Part shown: positions 27,197 to 36,917 of the stretch, piece after piece | Layout: every line of letters begins with the position of its first letter | Position numbering within the stretch: position 1 is the stretch's first letter | NCBI GenBank assembly: GCA_964434115.1 | Contig: CAYSSX010000004.1 | Coordinates: 17,684 to 81,683 of the forward strand | DNA: 64,000 nucleotides | Direction of reading: 5' to 3' | From: an uncultured bacterium | Lineage (GTDB): Bacteria; Omnitrophota; Omnitrophia; Omnitrophales; Aquincolibacteriaceae | Position numbers and translations under genes: made by a program | The notes under the pieces: generated by a model | Seen by the model: only the letters and a program-made list of their open reading frames with translations | Database searches by the model: none | What the model was told of the DNA's origin: nothing

Positions 27197-27413
27197 TATT
27201 TTAAGCCTCTCTGAAACCGTAGCAGGATGAGTCTGAAACTTTATCGCTATTGCTGGCTGGAGAATAAGTGGCTAAAAAGATACGTGCCAAAGGCCCGTTT
27301 TTCAAGCGAGCGGGCAAATATTCAACGGGATTTCTTAAGTCCCTCAGTGAGTAAAACAAACCCTCGATAAGAATGTTTTAAAACGGCAGGGCCTGATCAA
27401 CGTTGATCGTTTC

Positions 27414-27453
27414 AAACAAAACAAAAAAAGCCCCTCCCGAAGGAGGGGCTTTG
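27414..27453 (-). terminator. Rho-independent terminator downstream of comEA.
   Basis: Minus-strand reading gives GCCCCTCC-ttcg-GGAGGGGC (8-bp GC stem) followed by TTTTTTTGTTTTG. Confidence 0.6.
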
Positions 27454-27478
27454 CCGACCTGTTTCCTCACGCTTGTTT

Positions 27479-27799
27479 TTAAAGTGTGATTTGGTCTTTG
27501 ATTTTTTCGTACTTAACCTGCCCAATGCCCTTGACCTCTTTGATTTCTTCAAGGGTTTTAAAACCACCGCGCTCTGTTCGGTACGCGATGATCCTCTGGG
27601 CAAGCGAAGGGCCGATTCCTTTCACAGCTTCCAACTGGGCCGCATCAGCCTTATTCAGACTGACCAGCGGGTTTGCCGCAGCCGCGCTCTTCACATCTGC
27701 CAGCGCAGCCGGAATCCCCAATATTCCCGTGTGGATCCAGGCAAGTGAAAACACCGCAAGGATGCCTGTCACAATCTTGTTTCTGGAATTGCTTTTCAT
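27479..27799 (-). CDS. comEA: ComEA-like helix-hairpin-helix DNA-binding competence protein.
   Basis: 106 aa. N-terminal TM/signal segment. HhH repeats: VSLNKADAAQLEAVKGIGPSLAQRIIAYRTERGGFKTLEEIKEVKGIGQVKYEKI. Confidence 0.8.
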   Translation of the reverse strand: MKSNSRNKIVTGILAVFSLAWIHTGILGIPAALADVKSAAAANPLVSLNKADAAQLEAVKGIGPSLAQRIIAYRTERGGFKTLEEIKEVKGIGQVKYEKIKDQITL

Positions 27800-27856
27800 G
27801 GTAAAGCCTCCTTTTTCTTACTGAAGTGCCGAAACTTTACCTATTTTATTATTTTT

Positions 27857-27949
27857 TGTCAATATTTTTTTTAATTTAAATAAATATAGATTCAATCTTA
27901 AGGGTTCGTCATATTTTTCTTGCCTGACCTAGCCTTTTTGTCTACGATG
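27857..27949 (+). promoter_or_regulatory. AT-rich divergent promoter region between comEA and the XRE gene.
   Basis: Two candidate promoters. One is TTGTCA, 17 nt, then AATAAA/TAAATA. The other is TTGCCT, 17 nt, then TACGAT, ending 6 nt before the XRE ATG with no SD, which suggests a leaderless transcript. Confidence 0.3.
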
Positions 27950-27954
27950 CGCGC

Positions 27955-28512
27955 ATGTTGAAAAATCTTGGACAGAGAATACGGCAGCTTCGCAAATCTA
28001 AAAGCGTTACGCTGGTGGAAATGGCTCAAAAAACCGGCGTGGCACAGGCCACTCTTTCGCGTATTGAAACCGGGACCATGACCGGAACATTGGAAAGTCA
28101 TGAAAAAATTGCGGAAGTGCTCGGCATTGGTCTTGCGGAACTCTACTCAGGTGTCGATCGCCGCTATGAAGAAATCACTCATTTGCCGGTCACTGAAAAC
28201 CGGAAAGTCACCCATCACACCAATCAGTTTCAAATTGAACTCCTGACCCAGGAAAGCTCCAAGAAAAAAATCACGCCTGTCCTGATCACGATTCAGGGCG
28301 AAAGCACAATCCCGGCCGAGAGCCTGGAGCGCGGTGTGGAAAAGTTTTATTTCGTTTTGGAAGGTGAAGTCAAAGTTGTTCTGGATTCGAAAACCTATTT
28401 CCTGAAAGAAAATGAAACCCTTTATTTTGACGCATCCCTTTCCCACCAGATTTCAAACGAAGGCAAATCCCGCGCCCGGATATTAGCGGCAGTCTCTCCC
28501 TCCAAGTTTTAA
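27955..28512 (+). CDS. XRE-family HTH transcriptional regulator with a C-terminal cupin domain.
   Basis: N-terminal HTH: LGQRIRQLRKSKSVTLVEMAQKTGVAQATLSRIETG. C-terminal cupin beta-barrel: FYFVLEGEVKVVLDSKTYFLKENETLYFDA. Confidence 0.8.
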   Translation: MLKNLGQRIRQLRKSKSVTLVEMAQKTGVAQATLSRIETGTMTGTLESHEKIAEVLGIGLAELYSGVDRRYEEITHLPVTENRKVTHHTNQFQIELLTQESSKKKITPVLITIQGESTIPAESLERGVEKFYFVLEGEVKVVLDSKTYFLKENETLYFDASLSHQISNEGKSRARILAAVSPSKF

Positions 28513-28523
28513 TTTTTTAGAAT

Positions 28524-28844
28524 TCAGCGAGTCTGTTTTGCGAGCCACTGTAAATAGGCCTTGCTTCCCGCTGTTACGGGCAAAGCAAGCACTTCAGGGG
28601 TTTCGTAGGAGTGAACATTGAGGATGGCCTTGCGCAGCCGCGCGAAACGCGGCTTTGTTGATTTAATAAAAAGCAAAAACTCCCGCTCTCTATATCTTTT
28701 TCCCTTCCAGTCGTAATGGGATTCCGCCGCGGCGCTCACCGTAACACAGGCGGCCAATCGCAAATCCAAAAGGGTTGACGCTATTTTACGGGCTTCTTTA
28801 AGAGAGGGTGCTGTCGTTAGAACAAGGAGTGCGGAAACAGGCAA
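28524..28844 (-). CDS. cutA: Divalent-cation tolerance protein CutA.
   Basis: 106 aa. VLTTAPSLKEARKIASTLLDLRLAACV...YDWKGK...FLLFIKST...HSYETPEVLALPV matches the CutA1 pattern. Confidence 0.75.
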   Translation of the reverse strand: MPVSALLVLTTAPSLKEARKIASTLLDLRLAACVTVSAAAESHYDWKGKRYREREFLLFIKSTKPRFARLRKAILNVHSYETPEVLALPVTAGSKAYLQWLAKQTR

Positions 28845-28846
28845 GG

Positions 28847-29059
28847 TTAACGGCTATTCAGGGCTGCCAAATACCCGGTTTCAGGACCTTCGAGGGTAAT
28901 GTGTCCTTCGCGGGCAAGCCAGCCAAGGCTAAGAAGAATGAGTTCGCGGCTTTTACCGATTCTTTTGAAGAGCTGATCAAGCGTGGCGGATCCGTTTTCA
29001 TCAAGATAATGCCAAATGTCACCAGCCGTAATGCCTATCTCCGTAATGGTGATCATCAT
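28847..29059 (-). CDS. Small winged-helix domain protein (DUF2582-like).
   Basis: 70 aa. IWHYLDENGSATLDQLFKRIGKSRELILLSLGWLAREGHITLE resembles short wHTH proteins of unknown function. Confidence 0.5.
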   Translation of the reverse strand: MMITITEIGITAGDIWHYLDENGSATLDQLFKRIGKSRELILLSLGWLAREGHITLEGPETGYLAALNSR

Positions 29060-29225
29060 CGCTCCTTAAGGGATTCAAAACGGGTCACTTGGTCAACAAT
29101 CTTTACAAATATAACAAAAGAAACCCAGGCTTTCAAACCTTATTTGCCGGGTATTTCCCACTTTGTCCGGGTGAACGGCTTGAAACAGGGTTTTGTATCC
29201 TTTTGAATATTCCCCCTAAGTCCTT

Positions 29226-29258
29226 ACCCAAAAAGGCTTAGCGTCACCGGCTAAGGGC
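29226..29258 (-). terminator. Rho-independent terminator overlapping the uvrA stop codon.
   Basis: Minus-strand reading gives CTTAGC-cggtgac-GCTAAG followed by CCTTTTTGGG. The hairpin's 5' arm is the last two sense codons (L S); the R codon and TGA stop fall in the loop. Confidence 0.5.
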
Positions 29259-32048
29259 CAGCTTCTTCACCGCCAAAACATCTTTCAAAAAACGTCCGGT
29301 ATAAGAGTCTTTAACAGCGGCGACCGCTTCCGGAGTTCCCTCTGCGATAATGCTTCCGCCGCGAGCTCCCCCTTCAGGCCCCAAATCGATTAAATAGTCG
29401 GCCATTTTGATCACATCCAGATTGTGTTCAATCACAATGACCGTATTTCCCTGTTCCCGGAGCTGGAACAACGCCTTGAGGAGATTTTCAATGTCCGCAA
29501 AATGAAGTCCAGTGGTAGGCTCATCAAGAAGATAGAGGGTTTTGCCGGTCGATTTTTTACTCAGTTCAAAAGCCAGTTTAATCCGCTGCGCCTCCCCGCC
29601 CGAAAGCGTTGTCGAAGGCTGCCCTAATTTTAAATACCCAAGGCCAATCGTTTGGAGAAGTTCTAAACGCTCCCGGATAAAAGAAATCTCAGAAAAGAAT
29701 TCAATCGCATCACTCACCGTAAGATCCAAAACCTCTGAAATGTTTTTACCCCGGTAACGGATCTCCAAAGTCTGCTCATTGTACCGTCTGCCCCGGCAGG
29801 TCTCGCATTGAACATAAATGTCCGGCATGAAACTCATCTGGAGCTTTTCAGCGCCCTCGCCCCGGCAGGTTTCACAGCGTCCGCCCTTAAGATTGAAACT
29901 GAATCTCGAAGGCGTATAACGGCGGGCACGGGATTCATGGACTTCACTGAAAAGTTTCCGGATCAGCCCAAAGAGGTCCGTATAAGTCGCCGGGTTGGAG
30001 CGCGGGGTTCGCCCTATCGGCGCCTGGTCAATCGCAATCACCTTGTCAATTTTTTCCGCACCCTTAAGGGCCGCGAACTTTCCGACCGAGTACTGCGTTT
30101 TCCAGATACGGTTATGAAGCTCTTTGTAAAGCGTATCGTAAATCAGCGTACTTTTACCCGATCCGGAAACGCCTGTGACACAAACCAAAAGCCCGAGGGG
30201 AATTTTCGCATTGAGATTCTTCAGGTTATGTTCCCTGCATCCTTTGATTTCCAAAACAGCACTTTTCTGAACGGGTTTGCGTTCCGAAGGGACCTCGATT
30301 TTGGCTTTGCCAAAAAGGTATTTCACAGTTAAGGAACGTTCACACCCTTCGAGGGTCTCCACAGGGCCCGCGGCGACCACTTCTCCGCCATGCCGGCCCG
30401 CCCCCGGGCCGAGGTCGATCAGGTAATCTGCACGCCGCATCGTTTCTTCATCATGTTCAACCACCAGAACCGTATTTTTTAAGTCCCGCAGGCGCTCCAG
30501 AGCCGTGATTAGCTTGCTGTTGTCGCGGGGGTGAAGGCCAATGCTCGGCTCATCCAGGACATAAAGGATTCCGGTCAACCCCACGCCGATTTGAGCCGCA
30601 AGACGAATCCTCTGCAATTCGCCGCCGGCCAAGGTCGCCACGGTGCGGTCCAAAGACAAATAGCCCAGTCCGATATCGAGAAGAAAACGCATGCGCTGCC
30701 GGATTTCCTTCAGAACCGGTGTTGTCACAGGCTTCAAACGGTCGGGAAACTCCAGCTTGTCAAAAAAAGGTCCGGCGGTTTCAACGGCCTGCTCCGTAAG
30801 CTCCACAATATTCTTTCCCTTGATTCTGACCCCAAGGCTTTCTTTTCTCAGACGTTTTCCGCGGCACTCTCCGCATTGATCTTCTTTCAAAAATTTCCGG
30901 ACCTTCTGGCGGATCTCCTCGGAATTACTTTCATGGAACAGCCTCTCCAGTTCCTCGATAAGCCCGGAATGTTCCCCATCACCAATAAAAAAAGCCTCTT
31001 TTGCTTCTTCCGGCCATTCTTTGAAGGGGGTTCCAACTTCAAAGTGATAGGCTTTCACAAGGTCGTAAAGCAGATCTTCAATAAAATATTTATTAAAAGA
31101 AAAGAAGATTTCTTCGCTGAGGGCACCGCTTAAAAGCGGACGCGTTTCATCCTTGATTAACCCATGCATCAAAAGGTTGGAATACTTTCCCAGTCCTTTG
31201 CACTTTGTGCAGGCTCCATACGGGCTGTTAAAAGAAAACATATTCGGCGTAAAATCCGGGTAACTTGTCTGGCACTTGAGGCAGCTGCGTTTTGTCGAGA
31301 AATAACGATTCTGCAGTTTAAGCGGCCTCTTGGGGGTCACGATGAGCACGCCTCCCTCCGCTAAGGCCGCGGCGGCCTGGACAGCCGTGTGGATACGCTT
31401 TGAGTTTTTTTCAGAGGCCGTCACGTGATCCATCAGAATTTCAATGTCATGGCGGTGGGTCTTCCGGAGTTTAAGATCGGGAGAAAGCTCCACGCTCTTA
31501 CCGTCGATTCTCGCCGAGGCATACCCGCGCTTCAGCACGTCCTGGAAAAGCTTTTGGAACTCCCCTTTGCGGCCCCGGATCATGGGCGCAAAAATCTGAA
31601 TCTCTTCGTCCTTGCACTCCCGAAGAACACTGGCGGCAATCTCATCCGGCCTCTGGCTCGTCACGGGTTCATTACAGATATGGCAGTGGACATCCCCCGC
31701 TTTGGCGTACAGAAGGCGAAGATAATCATAAATTTCGGTGACCGTCGCAACCGTGGACCGGGGATTATGCGTGATTGATCTCTGCTCAATGGAAATACTC
31801 GGGGAAAGCCCGGAAATATAATCAACTTCCGGCTTTTTCATTTTTTCAAGAAACTGACGGGCGTAGGAGGATAAACTTTCCAGGTAGCGGCGCTGACCTT
31901 CCGCGTAGATCGTGTCAAAGGCCAGCGATGATTTCCCGGATCCGGAAAGACCGGTAATCACCACGAGTTTGTTGCGGGGAATATCTAAATTAATCCCTTT
32001 AAGATTATGCTCGCGGGCGCCGCGGATTTTAATGAAGGTTTCAGCCAT
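29244..32048 (-). CDS. uvrA: Excinuclease ABC subunit A.
   Basis: 934 aa. Two ABC ATPase modules: Walker [13 protein letters not shown] and [11 protein letters not shown], and signatures [12 protein letters not shown] and [12 protein letters not shown]. Zn-finger Cys pairs are present. Confidence 0.95.
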   Translation of the reverse strand: MAETFIKIRGAREHNLKGINLDIPRNKLVVITGLSGSGKSSLAFDTIYAEGQRRYLESLSSYARQFLEKMKKPEVDYISGLSPSISIEQRSITHNPRSTVATVTEIYDYLRLLYAKAGDVHCHICNEPVTSQRPDEIAASVLRECKDEEIQIFAPMIRGRKGEFQKLFQDVLKRGYASARIDGKSVELSPDLKLRKTHRHDIEILMDHVTASEKNSKRIHTAVQAAAALAEGGVLIVTPKRPLKLQNRYFSTKRSCLKCQTSYPDFTPNMFSFNSPYGACTKCKGLGKYSNLLMHGLIKDETRPLLSGALSEEIFFSFNKYFIEDLLYDLVKAYHFEVGTPFKEWPEEAKEAFFIGDGEHSGLIEELERLFHESNSEEIRQKVRKFLKEDQCGECRGKRLRKESLGVRIKGKNIVELTEQAVETAGPFFDKLEFPDRLKPVTTPVLKEIRQRMRFLLDIGLGYLSLDRTVATLAGGELQRIRLAAQIGVGLTGILYVLDEPSIGLHPRDNSKLITALERLRDLKNTVLVVEHDEETMRRADYLIDLGPGAGRHGGEVVAAGPVETLEGCERSLTVKYLFGKAKIEVPSERKPVQKSAVLEIKGCREHNLKNLNAKIPLGLLVCVTGVSGSGKSTLIYDTLYKELHNRIWKTQYSVGKFAALKGAEKIDKVIAIDQAPIGRTPRSNPATYTDLFGLIRKLFSEVHESRARRYTPSRFSFNLKGGRCETCRGEGAEKLQMSFMPDIYVQCETCRGRRYNEQTLEIRYRGKNISEVLDLTVSDAIEFFSEISFIRERLELLQTIGLGYLKLGQPSTTLSGGEAQRIKLAFELSKKSTGKTLYLLDEPTTGLHFADIENLLKALFQLREQGNTVIVIEHNLDVIKMADYLIDLGPEGGARGGSIIAEGTPEAVAAVKDSYTGRFLKDVLAVKKLALSR

Positions 32049-32081
32049 AACACGACTCTTTCCGGGGGAGAAATGTCAAAA

Positions 32082-32912
32082 TCAAGTTCCCATTTTCAAG
32101 GAGGCGAAATGCTTCCGGAGACAGGCCAGCGCCGCATAAATGGCAAGCGCGCTCGTTTTCGGATTTTCTTTCGACGGTTCGTTGTCGGCAGCAATCCTAA
32201 GGCGTCCGTTCCGGTGTTCAATGACGACCTCGTGCTGATTTCCGGTGTAAGCCTTTGAAGTCCAGACTTCCACCCGGGTCTTAGCCGCACCCATACCGGC
32301 CAAACTCAAAACCGCCGCGACATTGACGTTTTGAGGGAAGGCTTTCACCGCCTGCAACGCGCTTCCCTTAAACACACAGACCTCTTGATCTCCGCGCAAA
32401 GAAGGAAAAGATTTCATTTTGAAATACGGTGCGCCCAATAGTCCGGCCGGAGGTTTCCGGGTTTTCAGCGTGACACTTCGCAGCCCCGCTTCACGCGCGG
32501 CCAGCAGGCCGTCAATCCCCGCAATGGCTCCAGAAGGAACGAGTATTTGTCCGGTAAAAGCCCGCAGGATTCGGGCGTCCTTCTCAAGGGCTTTCAAAAT
32601 TCCACCCACGCTCATGATGAGGATCGTTTTTTTTGAGACCGCCCTATGCGTCAGGATTTCACAGGCCGCATCCTGGGACGCCGCCTCCAGAATCACATCC
32701 GACTCTTTGAGAATTTCCTCAAGAGTCATTTCCCTGCAGGGCGGTTTAACACGCCGGGACAAAGCGCGCAGATTTTCCTGATGATGATCACAGATTCCCG
32801 ACAGGTGCGCTTCACGCGGGAATTCCCGCTGAATAGCCATGGCTAAATAGGAACCCATGGCGCCGCAGCCGACGAGGCCGACTTTTAAGGGTTTGATTTT
32901 ACTTTTAGTCAC
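32082..32912 (-). CDS. nadX: L-aspartate dehydrogenase (NadX family).
   Basis: 276 aa. Rossmann N-terminus [15 protein letters not shown]-terminal Asp-DH domain motifs [23 protein letters not shown] and [14 protein letters not shown]. Start is GTG. Confidence 0.75.
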   Translation of the reverse strand: MTKSKIKPLKVGLVGCGAMGSYLAMAIQREFPREAHLSGICDHHQENLRALSRRVKPPCREMTLEEILKESDVILEAASQDAACEILTHRAVSKKTILIMSVGGILKALEKDARILRAFTGQILVPSGAIAGIDGLLAAREAGLRSVTLKTRKPPAGLLGAPYFKMKSFPSLRGDQEVCVFKGSALQAVKAFPQNVNVAAVLSLAGMGAAKTRVEVWTSKAYTGNQHEVVIEHRNGRLRIAADNEPSKENPKTSALAIYAALACLRKHFASLKMGT

Positions 32913-32931
32913 AAAAGCCTGGGGTTACGGG

Positions 32932-33315
32932 CTAAACCTCGGGGGGAAACGAGGCCAAAGGATGAGACGTTACGGACACAATCTGATTTTCTCCGTTGAC
33001 CCGGACGACCCGGGGAACGTGCTTTTTAATTTCCTCTTCATTCAGAAGAGCGAAGCTCATGATAATAATCAAATCGCCTTTCTTTCCATACTTGGCGGCG
33101 CCGCCGTTGAGGCAGATCTCACCCGGCTTACCGGCAATACAATAGCTTTCAAGCCTTGCAGCGTTGGTCAGATTGGCAATAAGCACTTTTTCGCCCGGAT
33201 AAATATTCACCGCTTCCAGCAGCTTCGCATCCACCGAGATGCTTCCTTCGTAATCGAGATGGACATCCGTAACGGTTGCACGGTGGATCTTTCCATTCAC
33301 AAACTGTCTTTGCAT
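32932..33315 (-). CDS. panD: Aspartate 1-decarboxylase.
   Basis: 127 aa. GKIHRATVTDVHLDYEGSISVD and ICLNGGAAKYGKKGDLIIIMSF match the PanD pyruvoyl-enzyme pattern. SD AGGGAGG lies 5 nt upstream. Confidence 0.9.
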   Translation of the reverse strand: MQRQFVNGKIHRATVTDVHLDYEGSISVDAKLLEAVNIYPGEKVLIANLTNAARLESYCIAGKPGEICLNGGAAKYGKKGDLIIIMSFALLNEEEIKKHVPRVVRVNGENQIVSVTSHPLASFPPEV

Positions 33316-33350
33316 ACTGCCTCCCTTTGCTTCGATGAGGGTTTTCCGGA

Positions 33351-34214
33351 TTATTTTCTGGAATGAATTTTTACATTGTCAATAAGCCGCGTTCCGCCCA
33401 CAAAGCAAGCGGTCACGGCCAGCATTGCTGACTGCGAAACTTTTAAAGGCTCCAAGGTCTCGGGGTCTACGATTTCAAGATAATCGACCCGGTCCACCTG
33501 ACGGGAAAGATCCCGGCGGGCAGTTTTCAAAACAGTCAAAAGCCCTTTTTTTTCTTTTTCAACTTTTGCCTTCATTTCAAACAGAACCCGTGAAAGGGCC
33601 AAAGCTCGGGCACGGTTTTCAGGACTCAAATAACGGTTCCGTGAACTCATGGCAAGACCGTCTTTTTCGCGGACAATCGGGCAGATCCGGATCTCGACAT
33701 CCATATCCAAATCCGACACCATACGGCGGATCACGGCCGCCTGCTGAAAATCCTTGGCTCCAAAATACGCCCGGTGAGGCTTGGCTAAATTCAGGAGCTT
33801 GGCCACCACCGTGGCAACCCCATCAAAATGGCCGGGACGGAATTTTGCACAAAGGCCGCGGGTTAACCCGCGCTCCCTTTCCTGCCCCACAAGAACCCGG
33901 GTTTGAAAACCGGAAGAATAGATTTTTGAAGGATCCGGAAAGAATAAATAATCCGCTTGAACGCTTTCCAGAAGTTTTTTATCCCGCAAAAAAGTGCGCG
34001 GGTATTTTTTAAAATCTTCTTTCGGGCCGAATTGAAGCGGGTTCACAAAAATACTGACAGCCGCAATCTCATTCTCCCGCTTTGCGGTACGAACCAGCGA
34101 AAGATGCCCTTCATGAAGAGCGCCCATGGTCGGAATAAAACCAACCCGCTTTTTTGAAAGGCGTTCTTTCTCCATCAGAGCCTGAAAGGCCTTAGGGTTT
34201 CGGACAACCTTCAA
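33351..34214 (-). CDS. panC: Pantoate--beta-alanine ligase.
   Basis: 287 aa. VGFIPTMGALHEGHLSLV contains the HIGH motif of PanC. Typical length. Confidence 0.9.
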   Translation of the reverse strand: MKVVRNPKAFQALMEKERLSKKRVGFIPTMGALHEGHLSLVRTAKRENEIAAVSIFVNPLQFGPKEDFKKYPRTFLRDKKLLESVQADYLFFPDPSKIYSSGFQTRVLVGQERERGLTRGLCAKFRPGHFDGVATVVAKLLNLAKPHRAYFGAKDFQQAAVIRRMVSDLDMDVEIRICPIVREKDGLAMSSRNRYLSPENRARALALSRVLFEMKAKVEKEKKGLLTVLKTARRDLSRQVDRVDYLEIVDPETLEPLKVSQSAMLAVTACFVGGTRLIDNVKIHSRK

Positions 34215-34671
34215 GGCAGGCCTCCAGAAGCTTGGATGCGCTCTGCTGAAGAACAGGGTGCTTCCACCCGGGAGCGATATCCGAAAGCGGTTTTAAAACA
34301 AACGGCCTTTCCTGCATTCGGGGATGCGGCAGGGTCAGCGATTCGGATTCAAGCACCTCATCATCATAAGCCAGAAGATCCAGGTCCAGGGTCCTGGGGG
34401 CATTCGCCTCCCCCCGTTCACGGCCCAATTTTTTTTCAACTTCCAGAAGAACGGTCAGGACTTCCTCGGGCGGCAAAACTGTTTCAAACTCCCATACCGC
34501 ATTCACGTAAAGCCCCTGCCCTTCTGGGCCTCCCACAGGGACCGTTTCGTAATGGGGAGAAGCTTTCAAAAACCGGAGTCCTGGATGCTGGCAGAGAAGG
34601 CTTCGGGCCTCAAACAGAAAGCCAAAACGCCGGCCAAGGTTAGAACCGGCACCCACAAAAATACGGGACAT
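34192..34671 (-). CDS. folK: 2-amino-4-hydroxy-6-hydroxymethyldihydropteridine pyrophosphokinase (HPPK).
   Basis: 159 aa. FVGAGSNLG, PRTLDLDLL and PHPRMQERPFVLKPLSDIAP are hallmark HPPK motifs. It overlaps panC by 23 nt. Confidence 0.85.
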   Translation of the reverse strand: MSRIFVGAGSNLGRRFGFLFEARSLLCQHPGLRFLKASPHYETVPVGGPEGQGLYVNAVWEFETVLPPEEVLTVLLEVEKKLGRERGEANAPRTLDLDLLAYDDEVLESESLTLPHPRMQERPFVLKPLSDIAPGWKHPVLQQSASKLLEACLEGCPKP

Positions 34672-34757
34672 TCAAACTCCTTAATGGTTAATGCCAAGGA
34701 AGAAACCTTAGGCGAACAGCTGGGTATGTGTCCTAGAGGCGGGGATTATAACAAAGC

Positions 34758-34955
34758 CTAGGTGATTTGGAAAGCAAAGGCAGGATCCAGGAGATGGAGT
34801 TCATAAGCCTTGAGCTTGAGTTCATCCCGGACCCAGGAGATGCGGGTCCTCAAGTAGAGGGAATAAACATCCAGAAATTCATCCTGTTTTTTTTCAATCT
34901 CTTCCCGGAGATCCTTCTCATCGTCAATGCGGAGTACGAGGTAGGGCATTTTCAT
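34758..34955 (-). CDS. Small hypothetical protein carrying the shared ~45-aa C-terminal module (copy 3).
   Basis: 65 aa. KQDEFLDVYSLYLRTRISWVRDELKLKAYELHLLDPAFAF is homologous to the C-termini of the two upstream ORFs. Confidence 0.45.
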   Translation of the reverse strand: MKMPYLVLRIDDEKDLREEIEKKQDEFLDVYSLYLRTRISWVRDELKLKAYELHLLDPAFAFQIT

Positions 34956-34959
34956 GGGA

Positions 34960-35136
34960 TTAAAACGCGCCTTGGAATTCGCTTCTCAGACTGAAGCTGG
35001 GTTCAATATCGAGAATTTCACCCAGAAGTCCCATGCATTTCTGCTGAAGATCTTCACGGCGTGTTTCCTGCCAGAGAGAATAGAGTTTTAACAAACGTTT
35101 GGCTTTCGCCTTAAATTTACGCGCACTTCTTCTCAT
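34960..35136 (-). CDS. Small hypothetical protein carrying the shared C-terminal module (copy 2).
   Basis: KAKRLLKLYSLWQETRREDLQQKCMGLLGEILDIEPSFSL. The longest ORF starts at 35196 but overlaps the upstream gene by 80 nt, so the internal Met at 35136 is preferred. Confidence 0.4.
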   Translation of the reverse strand: MRRSARKFKAKAKRLLKLYSLWQETRREDLQQKCMGLLGEILDIEPSFSLRSEFQGAF

Positions 35137-35938
35137 GGTCAAAGCCTCCGTCCCCATAAAATTCTCTTTCAGGATTAAACCGGAATTCCGGATCAAGCGA
35201 TTGCAGATCTTTCGCCAAATCGTGAATCTCCCGGATTAGAATCGGGTTTTTGGTTTCGAGCCACTGTCCGTAGAGATCCAGGAAGCGGTCCATTTTGCTT
35301 TTCTTCTGAAACCCATTTTCATAACTCCGGACCTCCCCCATAAACTGATCGAAGGCCTGATCCTTAAAACTGGTGACAAAGTGGAAGTATTCGCGGCGGA
35401 CTTTTTTCAGGACTTCCTGATACTGATCAAAATACTGCGCGAGCTTCATCAGAACATCGCCGACACCCGTGCGCTTCCGGTAAATGCGTTTGTGGTAAGC
35501 CGCAGCCTGTTCGTAATAGAGCTTGGCCACTTCCTGGTGATGTTTAGAAGAGCGGGAAAAAATCTTTTTCCGGACCTTGTTATTCAGATCATCAAAAACG
35601 GCGGTATGCATCAGAAGATGATCCGCATTCACCTTGAAAATAAAATACCGGATCGTGCGGTCTTCCGTGGCTCTTACCCAGCGGAGAATGTCGCTGGTAT
35701 CCGTCGAAAGATAGGGTTCCGCCATTTCGTGGTATTCCGGCAGGGAAACCGCGAATAAAAGATGCGCCATGTAAACATTCACATCTTCATCATAAGTGTA
35801 ATAGTTCGAAGGAAAATTGCTTTCACTGCGGCATTTGATGATGGCATTCAGAAGGTAGCGGATGGCAGAATCCCGCTCCTGCTTCGTGATGTCAAAGTAG
35901 AAGCAGTTGTCCACGTTCTCTTGTTTTTTCATGGCCAT
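35117..35938 (-). CDS. Hypothetical protein (273 aa) whose C-terminus is copy 1 of the shared module.
   Basis: No recognisable family. C-terminus KMDRFLDLYGQWLETKNPILIREIHDLAKDLQSLDPEFRF. Confidence 0.5.
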   Translation of the reverse strand: MAMKKQENVDNCFYFDITKQERDSAIRYLLNAIIKCRSESNFPSNYYTYDEDVNVYMAHLLFAVSLPEYHEMAEPYLSTDTSDILRWVRATEDRTIRYFIFKVNADHLLMHTAVFDDLNNKVRKKIFSRSSKHHQEVAKLYYEQAAAYHKRIYRKRTGVGDVLMKLAQYFDQYQEVLKKVRREYFHFVTSFKDQAFDQFMGEVRSYENGFQKKSKMDRFLDLYGQWLETKNPILIREIHDLAKDLQSLDPEFRFNPEREFYGDGGFDHEKKCA

Positions 35939-36144
35939 TGCTCCCGCCGGGTATCCAGCATAAAGACTTTTAAAGCATCTTTAAGTAATCTCTTCTCTTG
36001 AATTACACTCAAAACCTAACATGCCCCTAGAGACCTGTCAAATCAGAGTTGAATTTTATTGATATTTAATGACTATTTTTAGGTGTTTTTGAACTTAATA
36101 GATCTTTATTTGTTAGTTTTATAAGAGGGTTTGTAAGGCAGGGC

Positions 36145-36909
36145 TTAGACTTGGCGCAAGAGGGCGGGTTGAATAGAATCCATGAACTGCCGGCTTTTGA
36201 GAGCTCCTGAAAGCCGGTACAGAAGAAAATGTTCCATGAGCTTTTTGAGCTCCATTTCAGAGGCTGCCTGGGCAGGCCTTTTAATCGCTTCCTCCAGGCC
36301 ATGAGCCGCATAAAAACGCATTTGCCTTAGCGCCTCAGAACTCAGGGAACGGGCATCCGCAAAAGCCCGGGAACAGCGGACACAAAGAACTCCTCCCTGA
36401 GACACTGAAAAAAATCCGGCTTCAGGAACAGGTTCACGGCATTGCAGACAGTCATTCAGGTGAGGAAGCCAGCCGATCTCACTCAAAAGTTTGACTTCGA
36501 AAACCCGGGCGATTTTTTCTCCGGGAATGGCCGGCAGATAGCGGAAGCAGACTTCCAAAAGGCTAAAAAGGGATTCGTGGGGATCCTGAATTTCCGTGAG
36601 AACATCCACCAGCTCGGAAAAGTAGCTGGCGTAAGCAATCGTATCAAGCCGGGTTCTGAGAACATCAAAGCTGTCAATGATGGATGCCTCAGAAATCAAA
36701 TGAAGCTCGGAACGGATCTTTTCATAAAAAATAATGTCCGCGTGCGTGAAGAGTTCAAACAAAGCGCCGCGCATTTCCCGTTCTTTACGCACGCCTTTGG
36801 CAATGCCGCGGATTTTTCCAAAGTCACGCGTAAAGAGTGTCACAATCAGGGAACTGGACCGGAAAGGCTGGGTTTTGATCACAAAGGCTTCTGTTTTCCG
36901 GATCGCCAT
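36145..36909 (-). CDS. recO: DNA repair protein RecO.
   Basis: 254 aa. N-terminal OB-fold region (EAFVIKTQPFRSSSLIVTLFTRDFGKIRGIAKG) and a C-terminal zinc motif (CLQCREP...CVRC). Confidence 0.8.
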   Translation of the reverse strand: MAIRKTEAFVIKTQPFRSSSLIVTLFTRDFGKIRGIAKGVRKEREMRGALFELFTHADIIFYEKIRSELHLISEASIIDSFDVLRTRLDTIAYASYFSELVDVLTEIQDPHESLFSLLEVCFRYLPAIPGEKIARVFEVKLLSEIGWLPHLNDCLQCREPVPEAGFFSVSQGGVLCVRCSRAFADARSLSSEALRQMRFYAAHGLEEAIKRPAQAASEMELKKLMEHFLLYRLSGALKSRQFMDSIQPALLRQV

Positions 36910-36917
36910 AGGCTAGC

